From NCBI GenBank assembly GCA_900617105.1, contig UYFQ01000275.1, forward strand, positions 1 to 44,183: a stretch of DNA of 44,183 nucleotides, in the 5' to 3' direction. Source of the DNA: Hydrurus foetidus. Its lineage: Eukaryota. Below the pieces are notes generated by a model. The model was not told where the DNA came from. It searched no databases and saw nothing but the letters and a program-made list of their open reading frames with translations. Of the stretch, positions 1 to 12,120 are shown piece by piece. Made by a program: the position numbers and the translations under genes. The number at the start of each line of letters is the position of its first letter. Position 1 is the stretch's first letter.

Positions 1-1084
1 GATTCCCTCGTTCTCGACCACTTTTCACTGACAGATTCCTCTCTTTGTGACTTCTCTTGCTTAGCTGAGGATTGCCTGCGAAGGAAACCCTCTTCATTCT
101 TTTCGCGCATCCCTCTTCTACATCCGATCCGACAGTGCACACGAGCCCTGCTTCTGCATCTGCCTCTATTCCATCGTTGCTCCTTCTCTTCATCCCTGCA
201 CCAGAACTCGAACTGGAACTAGACTGACAGGTTTCTATCACCTTCTCCTGCTGTTTAAACGTTACTTCTACATCTCTTTCTGCAGCGCGGTGATGTCGAA
301 TCGGGACAACAGTTTTTTTCACATCTATTTTCTTGGTCTCACAAATTGAAATATCGAGAGGACAAGTTTCCTGCTCATCGCTTTCATCATCGCTTAGATC
401 AGTACCCCTTGCAGTGAGTGCCAAAGAAGAGAGCGATATCTTAGGTTTTTCTGTATCATTTGGTCGCCGTAAATCGCACTGCAACACCACCAGAGGCATC
501 TCAAGTTTGCTAACAGTTCTCACTTTCCTCCATTCTGCGGGATCGAAATTCTTCATCTCGTTATCCATAACAAAGTTTTTGTTACTGCAAACCCTTCCTC
601 TGTCTACTGATGATGTTGGATTGATGCCACTAACACCGAAGACTTTGACGGCATCTAATGCACCTGGGATTTGTGGTCTTGCTGTACTCCTCAGTGCAAC
701 GGATGATTTAATACGTTGTGGTCGGAGGAATGTACTGATATCGTTTTTATTACTCTCTCCTTCATCCGACGATTCTGTTTCCCTGCTGAACGTCGGTATT
801 ATCTTGGTTGGGTCTCTACTGAACGCAACCCTTGAGCATTTTCCTAATCCAGCAAATTGTGTCCCGAGTTTTGCGCGCTGCTTTACAGGAGACACTTTGA
901 CTGTGACTTCTTCAGTATTTTCAGCCTCATCCAAAATGGGACACCTTGACTGGACCCATACCCATCACAGAGATTATCCATCATTAGTAGTACTCGATGA
1001 GATAGTGTTCTTTAGATTCTATCTTACCTTTTTGATGATAACTTCTCCATCATTGTAAGCGCCGCGATTGTCCTTCTTGATCAT
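1..1084 (-). CDS. Hypothetical low-complexity, charged protein; 3'-partial (runs off the window start); 2 exons seen
   Basis: ATG at 1084 (MIKKDNRGAYNDGEVIIKK), donor AAG|gtaag near 1027, acceptor ccag|TCA near 948, then a long reading frame (SRCPILDEAENTEEV...) continuing toward position 1. The + strand ORF 333-1058 is its antisense shadow. No recognisable domain. Confidence 0.6.
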
Positions 1085-2341
1085 CCCAGAAGATGACGCA
1101 CAAATGATCTTGAGAGATGCTCCTTAGCGCTCAGATCTCTCGGTGTTGGTAACTCGTCGCATAACCGACAAAATGATGAGAGATGAGGCAATACATATAT
1201 TGTGTTGTATTATGACAATATTATGACCGTTGGAAATAAGGACAAACAGCGGTCAGCGTATTATGTATTTTTCACACAGGTACCTAGTCAACACAATGCT
1301 CCTTTTATACCCCCTTGATGGGGCACACCGGCACTCCGCAATTTTTAATTTTTCGTCTGATTTTCAAGAGCTTTTCAACCAGGAATTTGTGTTTTGCTAG
1401 ATGCGTTTTTTTGGATTTTCAGCAGAATAATCTGAATAAAGTTCCCCTCCTCTGATTCCTTTGTTGTCCACGATCCACGGTAACTATGCTTTCACCGAAG
1501 ACCATGCGATGCGACCACCTTCCAAGAAGTCAGATGTGCCGGAATTTTCCTTTCAAGAAGATGCTACTTCCTTCCATCTCGTTTGTGAGAGAAGAAGTCG
1601 TGCATATAGCCATCGCAAATATCTAACCAACATGCAGTGTCTCTAGGAGATTATCCTCTCCCTGATGAAATTTACTTTAGATATTGGTTGATGCAGAGAC
1701 GCTTCGACATGAGGAGACTAGAAGGCTCTACAGCGTTTAGACAATCCTCCTTCTGATGCTAATCTAGGAGATGTTTCCAGTCAAAGAGGAGCGTACAGTA
1801 CAGTACGTTACGGTGCAGTACAGTAATTACAGCTTGGACTGGCATATTGAATACATCCCAATCAAGTCTTTTCATCTGACTCCCTTTCTCAAAAGCTACT
1901 GCTGAGAAAATTGTTCGAGTTCGAATTATAATATCACAATAAGTCTGTGAACTTTAAACACATAACCACGAATTACGTACGTGCGAGCATGTATGTACTC
2001 CACTACACAGGTCAGAGTCGAATCCCTCCGTGTGCAGGTCCAAGGTCTCGATGGGAGGAAGAGTTACTGACACGTGACAATCATCAAATCTAAGGCACTG
2101 TACTAGGATTCGCATAGTTCAACATATATACCAGCCTGTATGTAATGTATAGATGTATGTGTGTAAGGATGGATACAGGGTCCGGGTCCTAAAGTATGTG
2201 TAATTAATGCGGATGATGGCAATCTAAACAGAACTAATGCCGCCGCTGCTCTGTAGCAGCACAGAGCGGATACTAGCAGCAAATCAAATCAAATCAAATC
2301 AATTTAATACAGGTGTTGGGTGTGTGGAAATAAAGTACATT

Positions 2342-3026
2342 TCAGCACAGAGTGCAAGTGGACGATGCGCTATTTGCATCTCCTAGTTCCTTTAAGATTT
2401 GGCACAATGCTTTGTTTTTCGAAGCCGTTGAAATGTCCCAAGCGGTTTTGTTGTCTCCATTTTTGGCAGTCGTTAAAGCCAGTTTCAGTTCTTCTTTTCC
2501 TTGAACGAATTCCATCAGGGCCCGAACTGTGTCGACCCTGCCCCCCTCCACAGCTCCGTGAAGGGCATTCATTTTGCTCGTTGTCTCAGCGAGAATGTTC
2601 GCTCCTCTCTCCAAAAGAAATTTCACGATATCTGTGTGGCCGCTGATAGCTGCCCAGAGCAAGGCTGTTCGTCCGCTTTTATCAGCCTGCAGATTCGTAA
2701 GTCACACGTAACATGATAAGATTCTGAGTGACAATAGAAAAATCCTGGGTGACAAAAGCAACAGAAAGACCCACAGCAGACAAGATTTAATCCGGTATTC
2801 TTATCCTCACCAAATCAATTTGAGCGTTTTTCTCGATGAAATATACGCAGAGGTTAAGATGCCCCGCCCCAGCGCACCTATGAAGGGCACGTCTATCGGA
2901 TGCCCCAGGCTCATTAATGTCTATCAATTCCTCTCCTTCTTCTGCTCCAGCGCCCTCGATGTACCTCCTACATTCTTCTAGGTCCCCTTTATGAGCAGCT
3001 TTGTGTAAATTGTTGTCGCTTGGCAT
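2342..3026 (-). CDS. Small ankyrin-repeat protein (186 aa, 2 exons: 3026-2811, 2686-2342) with C-terminal CaaX-like motif CTLC
   Basis: Ankyrin motifs LHKAAHKGDLE, RALHRCAGAGH, GRTALLWAAISGHTDIVKFLLERGAN, NALHGAVEGG, NKTAWD. A GT...AG intron at 2810-2687 joins the two track ORFs in frame. Confidence 0.9.
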
Positions 3027-3883
3027 CACTACTCCCAAATAATTGATATGGTGGCTGCAGCAAGTAATATGTGCTTTCTGTCGGTAATGTAATAAATTGT
3101 CTGTATTTCTCACGATCCCAGTGATTCGTCTATGAAGACTCCAGATATCTCCACTGATTCCCTGATTGACACGACTTTGCGCGCCTCTCCTATACAGCAT
3201 CTACTCTGTAGAATCCTAGGTGCATCATATAGTCTCCAATAGATCTTCAAAATCCAGCAGTGACAGCGTGATTCTGAGGTTCATCCACCGTCGGGTGGAG
3301 GCAGCTTTGAAACTACTCCTCAAGAGAGAATGTAGGTCTCTCTCATCACTAGCGAAGACTAGAAAGTCAGCTTACTCACGGTGTGTCGGCTTCCATTACT
3401 ATACTGCACCCAGCTGTGATGTACGTCATTTTGTAACCGGTACTTTCAGTGAGCACAATGCAACTCAATTCAGTAATGAATGCTCTAAATACGCGCGGGC
3501 GGTTATACTCCGAAGTGTTCAACGGTTGGTTCAACAGACATACTCGAACATGGACTCTCCCGGATCTTCAGGTGGAAATACGGGGAAACGGCGTATTATG
3601 ATAAAATAACCCGGTATCCGGCATACTTTTGTGCTGGGTTTTGGGGACTAGGAAGTCGTATCTATTTATCTCATCATCATTGTTACAGTTCTTTTGTCAG
3701 ACTACTCGGAGGCTAATTTTATATTTTTCCCAAGTCCGTTTCAATCGACGAGATTCTTGAAAAATTGAGAGTTCAATTTTGAAGTGTCCGTCTCTCAGTT
3801 TTGGCGTTTCACTAATTTTCCATGGAGACGAAATAAAATTATGAGTTAGATTTTGCTTTCTATAGGCAATAAATAGTTATAAT

Positions 3884-4088
3884 AGTTTACGTTCGCGAGG
3901 CTTTGACGCATATTGCAACAATTAGTCACTGAGATGCATCATTTTCAAAGGTCATAGATGTGCATTTTTCGTTTTTGGGGTGCTCTTTCCGTATACCTCA
4001 ACGAAAAATGCAGATCTATGATCTTTGAAAATGATGCATCTCAGTGACTAATTGTTGCAATATGCGTCACACCTCGCGAATCTAAACT
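3884..4088. repeat. Long inverted repeat / foldback (about 90-bp arms, about 26-nt spacer), possibly a MITE
   Basis: 3884-3973 (agtttacgttcgcgagg...gcatttttcgtt) is the near-exact reverse complement of 4000-4088 (aacgaaaaatgc...cctcgcgaatctaaact). Weaker symmetry continues outward to about 3815/4180. Confidence 0.9.
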
Positions 4089-4196
4089 TATATGAATACT
4101 ATCTAGACGATGTAATATCCAACTCATGCTTCAAAAATTCTGATTTCAACCCCGTTATTATTTCGAAGTAGTGGAAAATGAGATCGAGATGCTGTT

Positions 4197-4310
4197 AGTA
4201 CTCTGCGACATAATTAGATACGGAAACTACATCGAAACAAAGGGGAGATAGGAGTACTCTGCGACATAATTAGATACGGAAACTACATCGAAACAAGGGG
4301 GAGATAGGAG
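4197..4310. repeat. 56-bp direct tandem duplication (2 copies)
   Basis: agtactctgcgacataattagatacggaaactacatcgaaacaa(a/g)ggggagatagg occurs at 4197 and 4253 with one mismatch. Confidence 0.95.
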
Positions 4311-4918
4311 AGCAACATCTGGCCGCCCACTGTTCAACCAGGGAATATAATGGGATGGCAGATGATAGAGATGCAGGGGGCAGGATGGAGGGAGAGCTGT
4401 CCCAAGAGCGCTGCGTTACAGCAGGAGTTGTTGCGCAGTGGATGAGTGGCTGCTGAGCATGATCGTTGAAGCATGAAGAGGAGCAAAGAATGCGTCAGTG
4501 ACATGGCAACCGTCATTCTAACAGTCCTGACTACAGAATGCGACAAGTCGAAACGAGCTGATGAGAATCGTGTCGAAATGAGTAGAGGAGAGAAAGGGAG
4601 AGGAGAGAGGGACTGACTGTCTGCCAGTGCCCGCGGAAAATGCATACATCGTAATCGCAATCTCCTCCCCCATCCACTGTTTCTGTTCCCAACTCTACCT
4701 AGACCCAGAGCGTTTGACCCGATCTATGCTATGCTGTGTCAGTCAAGGATGTTGAAAGCTGTGCACCGTCATGTTCTAGCGTTGCATGCTCTGCATCTCG
4801 TTCCTCAGTATTGGTGTGGTACGATTCGATGGGTATGTCAGCTGATGTCGCATAGCAGAAACTTCGAGATAGAGAAGAGGACAGAGCGTAGAGAGCCGCA
4901 AGTTACGAGTGGTATGTG

Positions 4919-7120
4919 CTACTGGTAGCTGGCTTGCGGAACATCGTCCTTGCGCTTGGGCCTTCTAAAGATCTCAAGAGTAAGTACGGAGCGGAGTCTC
5001 ACGTGCAGTACATGCAAGGCGTTCACCACCACGTGTCCGAATGCCCAGAAAGCTCTTCATAGAAAATAAGGTGTGTGCATATTGCATTAGACCAGCAACA
5101 CTAATAGGGACTATCGAGCAGGAATGACGAGTTTCATCATGTCGTGCTCGTCACACTGACCTGCCCCATGTCTGGTTTCTGATTTCTGCCATCTTGGATC
5201 GCTCTACGATGTACTTGGCTAGTCCCCCCAACATGCTGAAGAGCACACCGCCCAGCACCAAGTCGTTGAACACCACGATGCCGTGCATGGGGCCTTTTAG
5301 AGACAAAATAAGTCGATTTAGGTCATATTGTGTGATAGGATGAGATGAGGTGAGATATCATGCAATGTATTGTATTTGGGAGATGACACTAAGTGTAATT
5401 ATCTATGTTTGAATTGCTGCTCACCAAGGGAAACACAGGCCAGAAGGGGCGCTGGAGTGACACCAAATGCTCCCCTAGGATATGATAGCATGTTCTTCGC
5501 AGTGCCAGGGCCAGAGCCAGAGGGAGACAGGGAAAGATACCTCGCTACATTTGTTGCAACCAGCTCAGCTTGAGACTCTGCCAAGTGAGCATTCCTCACT
5601 GCAACAGAGCAGAGCAGAGCAGGTGATGAGGCATACATTAGTCCGTGCAAGAAGGGTGAGATACTGCTGATGTGACTTGACACAAGGTAACTAAGAGAGA
5701 TAAGTACATCGTAAAGAGAGGAGACAGTCTCACCTGATGGTCTCGAGCTGAGTGATCCAAAAAGTCCCGACTTCTGAGTGCTGCATGCGAATCCCACCCC
5801 TGGAAAGTGTTCCACAACATCACCGGCAGCAAACAAACCGGCCTTAGGATGCTTTAACGCCTATTGATGAAACAGTCGGTGATAGCGAATCATATCAGTT
5901 TAAAGATCGATCCATTTTGTATTGATTTCGAGAATAATCTACGGCATTATATTTGATCTAGACGGCAATGGACTACGAAAACAAAAGGTGAGAGGACTGT
6001 ATTCCATGTGAACGTACATGCTGTCGGCTGTGCTGAACAGTGCGAACTCTTCTCTGGCTATGACTTTGACTCACCATTAAGTGTGAGTCCACGGCAATGA
6101 GTCCATTAGTTCCGTATGGCCAAGAATGTTCCTTGCTACCCGAAGACGTGATCGAGCCAGCACTGGAGCTGCTGCCCGCTTCAGAGGGAGCTTTGACGTT
6201 CACTCGTTGTCCAGTGCAGTCGATGAACAGGTCCCCAGTGAGGATCTGCCCATTGCGCGTCTTGTAGCTCATAGTTGTTCCTGGCTCGTCCTCTTCAAAG
6301 ATAGGATGAATAGTAATTAGTCAGTGCGCCAATGTCTGCTGTATGGCAAAAACGATCTGCTATGTGATGCAGAAACACGACAGAAAAAAGAAACACTATT
6401 ACCTCCAGCAGCTAAGCTGGATGAGATACTGCTTGGTTTAAAAGGTGCTCCGCTAATTTCATCGCCGATAAAAAGTTTCACATTTTTTCTCCTCTTCAAC
6501 CATTGCAGAGCGAATTGGCCTGCTGCATCAGGCAGTGATCCCAAGAGATTTGATCTAGATATTAGCAGAACTTCCTTGACCTCATCTTTAAGTCGACAGG
6601 ATATTTCAGCTGCTAACTCAACTCCCACCAGGCCACCTCCAGATATGATGACCCGAGTGGAGTTACGGAGCTTGTCATTGAAGTCGTCGATCTCAAGTAA
6701 TCTACTTGCCATCGAAGGTCCACAAACAGAAGCTGATCTGATCGGTGCTGTGTACGGCACTCCAGTGCAGATAATCATCGCATCGTATGGTATCTCAGAA
6801 ATGATGCCCTCTCCTCCATCTGTATCAATCGTCTTGACGATTGCTGACTTTGTATCAGCCTCATCATTAAGACCGAATAGTTTACCGCGCACCACCGTTG
6901 CCGAGTTTTGGATTATATCGGCTATTGGAGAAATTAGGTCGCCACCAGATCCAGCTAGCAGATGCAAAGCCCCTGGTGCATACTCGAAGTAATCCTTCGG
7001 CTCTATCAAAGTAAGATCAACATTATCGTATTTGGAAAGGTGACGAATGGCGCAGAGGCCAGCAAAAGATCCACCGACGACGACCACTTTCTGTTTTCTC
7101 ACGGAGGCGTCAATCTTCAT
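4919..7120 (-). CDS. FAD/NAD(P)H-dependent pyridine nucleotide-disulfide oxidoreductase, AIFM2/FSP1 (AMID)-like; 6 exons
   Basis: N-terminal Rossmann motif VVVVGGSFAG, DAMIICTG, second Rossmann motif IISGGGLVGVELAAE, DLFIDCTG, LFAAGD, AHLAESQA, CVSLGP and a hydrophobic C-terminus. Five GT-AG introns were joined in frame by hand; stop TAG at 4921-4919. Confidence 0.85.
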
Positions 7121-7445
7121 TTTGAATACTCTTCAGTAATCTTGAAAAGAAGGGTGAGATTCAAGTAACCTTGATTTTTCAATGGTTTGAGGTGAGAAGT
7201 GAGACGTCTGAATAGATATTTACTGCATTCTGCAGCAGGTATTGTTCTTGCTGCATTGTCGGAATAACGGTTGAATCGCAACCGTATAATTGACTATTTT
7301 TGGTTTGTCTGTCTCATTTTAAAGTATGTAAATACGACAGCGGATTGACGACTCGACTGACTCATGAGAGAAGAGCGGAGTTCGAGAGTTTGTGCACTGG
7401 GATTTTGGTGCTGATCTCAACCACTTCAGTCAGTCATTTCAGCCG

Positions 7446-10400
7446 ATGGCTGAAGCCAATAAAACTCTTCTATCATCGAGACAGTGCTATCTAATCCCTA
7501 AACGGAAGAAGTCAAGAATTGAGAAGTTGTTAACAAAAAACCTCCCAGCTCCTAATCCAAAGTTTCTGTTTGAGGGGATCGCGCGAGATTTGCAAGATGT
7601 TGATCTTAGTAAACATGGAGTGTTTTCTATTCAAGGGTATTCTGCTGATACATCCAGCAGAACGTTTCCTTGTGAAATAGATATCGTAGCTTCGAAAGAG
7701 CCTCCACCATTGTATCCAGTATCTTGGGGATGGAACTCCGGAGGAAGGGCAGGAAATCTCACCGAGGTCGAGATTAACCAGCCTAGACAAGTTCAAAAGT
7801 CATCGCAGCACAACTATATTGGCTCAGCAGCTGGAAAAAATCATAGTCTTTTAGTGTCAGATGACGGGAATGTATATTCATATGGTGAGGGAAGATATGG
7901 CCAACTCGGATACGGAAATCAATTCAGTACCGAGGAAATAAGCGCTGAGACTACTCAGGCCTATCCAAAAGCTGTGACACCATCTGGCGAGTATGTTCAT
8001 GGTCGTGACATTAAAGTTGTTCAGGTGGGTTGTGGGACAACGTTCTCCATCGCCAGAGAACTCTGTCCATCTGAAGGAATAGATTTGAAGAGCGGTCTAC
8101 GACATGCCGAAAGGGCTCTTTTCAACCTCTTGGAGGCACATGCAGGCTCAGATATATTGCTGAGGATTGCGAGTGAGGTGAGACAGGAGCGGTTCAGTGT
8201 CTCTAAGATTTCATCAGGAGTCACTACATCTTGGGGGACAGGAAATAACGGTGAACTGGGTCTCGGGAAGTACGTCACATTTTCTCCATCGCCTCAGGTA
8301 ATTCCGAGATTCAAGAGCATGTGCATAGTGCAGATTGCCGCTGGTCCTCAGCATGTGCTTGCTATAAACTCAGAGAAGAAGCTCTTCAGTTGGGGAAAGG
8401 GTTCGAAAGGAAGATTAGGTCTCGGGGATTTTGCTGATAGGTTCACACCAGAGTACGTGAGTTTTTACGAAGATTATGATGTAGAATACTGCGCCACAGG
8501 CGATGCACACTCAGCTGTCCTGATTTCTGCAAGTAGTACGAAAGTAGACGGCTCCATCGCAAGATTGAAAAATCTGTCGACATTTGGTTGTGGCTATCAT
8601 GGCCGACTGGGAAATGGCACAAACCGCAATTGTTGTGTTCCAGTCACCGTTACAGATTGGCTTCCATCTCTGAGAGGGCTGCAGATTCTACAGGTTGCGT
8701 GTGGAGGGAGTCATACTCTCGCTCTGCTTGAAAGGCGAGTTCCAATCGACCTCGCGAACCCTTGGTGAGATGAAGTGTTAACTACAGTTTTGATGCAACA
8801 GACATTAGAGATGCACCCATTCCTAACGCATGATGCATCTGTCACACTATTTTGATAGGGGGTCGCAGAATGTCGTGGTGTCCTTTGGGTGCGGAGGAGC
8901 AGGGGCCCTTGGTACTGGTAGCTGTGCAGACAGCTTCACGCCTGTTAAAGCCCTCATGTCCAAGTGTGAACCTGTGGTGGAGATATCAGCAGGCACTACG
9001 TGGAGCCTAGCTAGGACCGGCAACGGCTCCCTCTATGCATGGGGCAAGGGGTTGAGGGGACAGCTTGGCCTGGGGAGTGGGCGCAGGTACAGTCTGGTTC
9101 CTGAGAAGGTGGAGTGCTTCGGGTCATTCGTGAAAATGGACGGGACTGGACACGCACACAACTTAGGCATCGTCACCCCAATGAAACACTTAAACGAACG
9201 CACCCAGACTATCTTAGCTCAGCAGAGGAGCGCAGACATGAGCGAAGGCGTACTTACGAATGGTCTCTCAGATGTACTCCCTGTCCGTAGAGACATTCAC
9301 ATGAATGTTGACGTGACGTTGAAGAAAAGCAGCAGTGCGAGTCTGCACGCATTTGACTGCTGCAAGAGACACATAGGGCATGAGCGGTCCCATCTACGGT
9401 ATCAGTGCGAGGACTGTCTCATCAGCAGCATCTGCCACACTTGCGCTAAGATATGCCATGCGGGACACAGACTTGTTTCCAGTGATGTCGAGCACACAAG
9501 ATCCAAGACGGTTCGATCTCGACCGAATCCTCAACCGAGATTAGACGGAAAGATACCACGCAGAAAAAGCCGCCTACTGCCACCGATTAGTAGGATGGCC
9601 ATGGTATCTACTTCCTGTGGCTCTAACCTTACCTCTACCCCCGCCTCTCACTCTACCTCTACCGATCCCTCTGCCATTCCCTCTTTTTCGAGACCTTCGA
9701 GACGGAAGACCCTTAGCTGCCGATGCGGTCTCTTCAACCCTCACTGCCGATCTCTCCCCACCATAGCTGAGGTCTATGATGACGAAGGCGTTGTCAAGGG
9801 AATGATTGCTGTGAGATGCAGCATCGCAGTGAGAGTCATTCAGAGGACGTGCAGAAAGTACGTGTGCAGAAAGCGTGCGGATAAGGCCGCTAGAGATCTG
9901 ATACCCTTGAGACGAGCTGCTGCTGCTGACTATTACGAATACATTGTTCTTGCGTCCGTATGGCAGAAAGTGCATTACGGTGCGGAGGTGCGATCCCAGT
10001 GCATCGAGACAGCGGGCATGGAGGGGGAAGAGGATGCCACTCGTAGGTGGGAGCATGTGCGTAAACTGCAGATAGCTGTGAGTAGCATGGACGCCCTGTC
10101 GTATGCTATCAGACGACTGCTAGGCACGCTCTCCATCTGTCTGCCCCGACTGGCTAAGAAGATAACTGTAGCAGTTGGCACCTCAAGGGCGGGCACTCAC
10201 AGATCGTCAGGAGACATATCCAGGAGTTCTTCTCATCCTGTCGACTCAGAGCTCCATCCTCTAACGCCTATGACTGTGTTAAATTCCCGGCACCCTACAT
10301 ACACCTTCAGCTGGATCAGTGTGAGGGAGCAACAGTTGCTCCTCTCTCCTAGTAGGAGAGTGCCATCTGAGATACTAACGGTGGCAGCTGCCCGATTCCC

Positions 10401-12120
10401 TTTGTTTCACCGCCATGAAGGTGCAGCGATTGATGGTGACGTGAACAGCTTCATACGGGTGCACCTCAGGGACGTTCAGTCAGAGGTGACGAGACACAGA
10501 GCAGCGGAGAAGGTGAAGGTGAAGACACTCAGAGCTGCAAGGGCTGTTGTGCTGAAGAGACAGCTAGCCATAGCGGAGAGGAGCGACAAGGCCGCATTGT
10601 TCAAGAGAGCAGCTGCCATTACTGACGGGACATCGCTCATCACAATCGACCACACTCTATCTCTGCAGGCCTTAAGGGCGAAGGTGGCGGCTGACAAGAT
10701 AGCTGTCAGGTTGGCGGAAGACACAGCAGTTCTGATCCGAGAAAGAGAAGAGGATTCAACTTTCGAACAACTGTATCACAATGACAGAAATGACAACAAT
10801 AACAGCAGTAGAAAGAGCAAGAATGTTAAATCGAACGCCATCGATCTGCATGACAGCTCGACCCACACTCACACGCACACGTCACTGTTCACGCGGAGAA
10901 ACAGCATCAGCGACCCGTCACACATGTACAGCCGAGTACTCACTGCAATTGAGTCGCTTGCGCAGCGCTCAGCGGCACAGAGACGACCCTCACTGCCCTC
11001 CTGTGTGTGTGCCGCAACCCTGGTCCCAGCGGAACACTCCCTGGAAGGCAGAAGCAGAGTGGAAGGAGTTAAACGTTCTTTGAGTATGTTCCGCAGACGG
11101 CTTCGACTGTTGCACCAGTTCACAGATGCGAGGCACGAGGCGGCTTGGAAGGCCATGAAGAGCTCTGCTAGACTCTCCGAGGTGAAGAAGAACATGTCTC
11201 TCGCCTGGTTGAATCCCCGCATACCCTGCGAGAAGCTGCACGTTCTAATAGACAAGAAGAGGAGGAGAACCATCGCTGAGCCTGAGCGCCTCCGCAGACA
11301 GCTGCTGATCATGTTCGAGACCAGGAGAGCGTTCTCTGAACTCAGGAAGATCACGAGGGAGAAGGACAAGCTGTTCCAGAGGAGGAGGTCATTCGACTAC
11401 GGGGAGGAACAAGATAATAAAAAGCAGATCAACACTTCCCTCGACTACGCCTTTGAGCTGCCTTATTCGGAATCATCGATCGTGAGTCTCCTTAGCGACT
11501 CTGATGAGATGGGGGCACGGATGCTGCTCTCTGGATTCGACTTCACTCCTGTTGTAAGGAGGAAGATAAAGGAACAGCCTGTGTGTCAGCAGAGCATGGG
11601 GATAGCGGTGGATAATGTTCAGCCCAATAGCACCCATAACGTTACTTCTCCTGGAGGATCCGCACCCGTACAAATGTCCGTACCAGTGTCCATACCAATG
11701 TCAGCACCTGTGGCAGAGTCAGACACATCGCCAACGCACAGCGGCATAGCTGCTTCTGCGCCTACTGCTATTTCTATAGCGCTTGAGGCGAAGGAAAGGG
11801 AGAGGGCGAAGCTATACGCAGCAAGGAATCGAGTTGTCCTACAGCACGATGCCAAGAGATTCATCAGATACCGACCAAGCACCAGCAGCACCAGCACCAG
11901 CAGTGTGATGAATGTGCCTCGCAATGATGGAGGTGAAGCTGTTGTTGTGTGGGAGGAGCACTTCGATGATGATGGGCGCCCGTACTATTTCCGTCGAGAC
12001 ACAGGGGAGAGCTCATGGGGCGTCTCTTCAAATCATGCGCATATAGAGAGGCAGCTGCAAGATGGGGATGGCAACTGGTACTGGTACAACGGCTCCACGT
12101 CACAGATCAGGTGGTTATGA
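7446..12120 (+). CDS. Large multidomain protein (1526 aa; exons 7446-8764, 8859-12120): RCC1 repeats, UBR-box-like Zn finger, IQ-like motif, C-terminal WW domain(s)
   Basis: RCC1 repeats (AGKNHSL...YSYGEGRYGQLG, SWGTGNNGELGLG, SWGKGSKGRLGLG, TFGCGYHGRLG, AWGKGLRGQLGLG); YQCEDC...ICHTCAKICHAGH...CRCG; VIQRTCRKYVCRK; WEEHFDDDGRPYYFRRDTGESSW and a second WW-like segment QDGDGNWYWYNGSTSQIRW. Intron TG|gtgag...atag|G at 8765-8858 keeps frame. Confidence 0.88.

Noticed and set aside
333..1058. 241-aa + strand ORF
   Set aside because: It starts at a non-ATG codon and is the antisense shadow of a spliced minus-strand reading frame.
6324..6992. 222-aa + strand ORF
   Set aside because: Antisense shadow of the oxidoreductase first exon; no motifs of its own.
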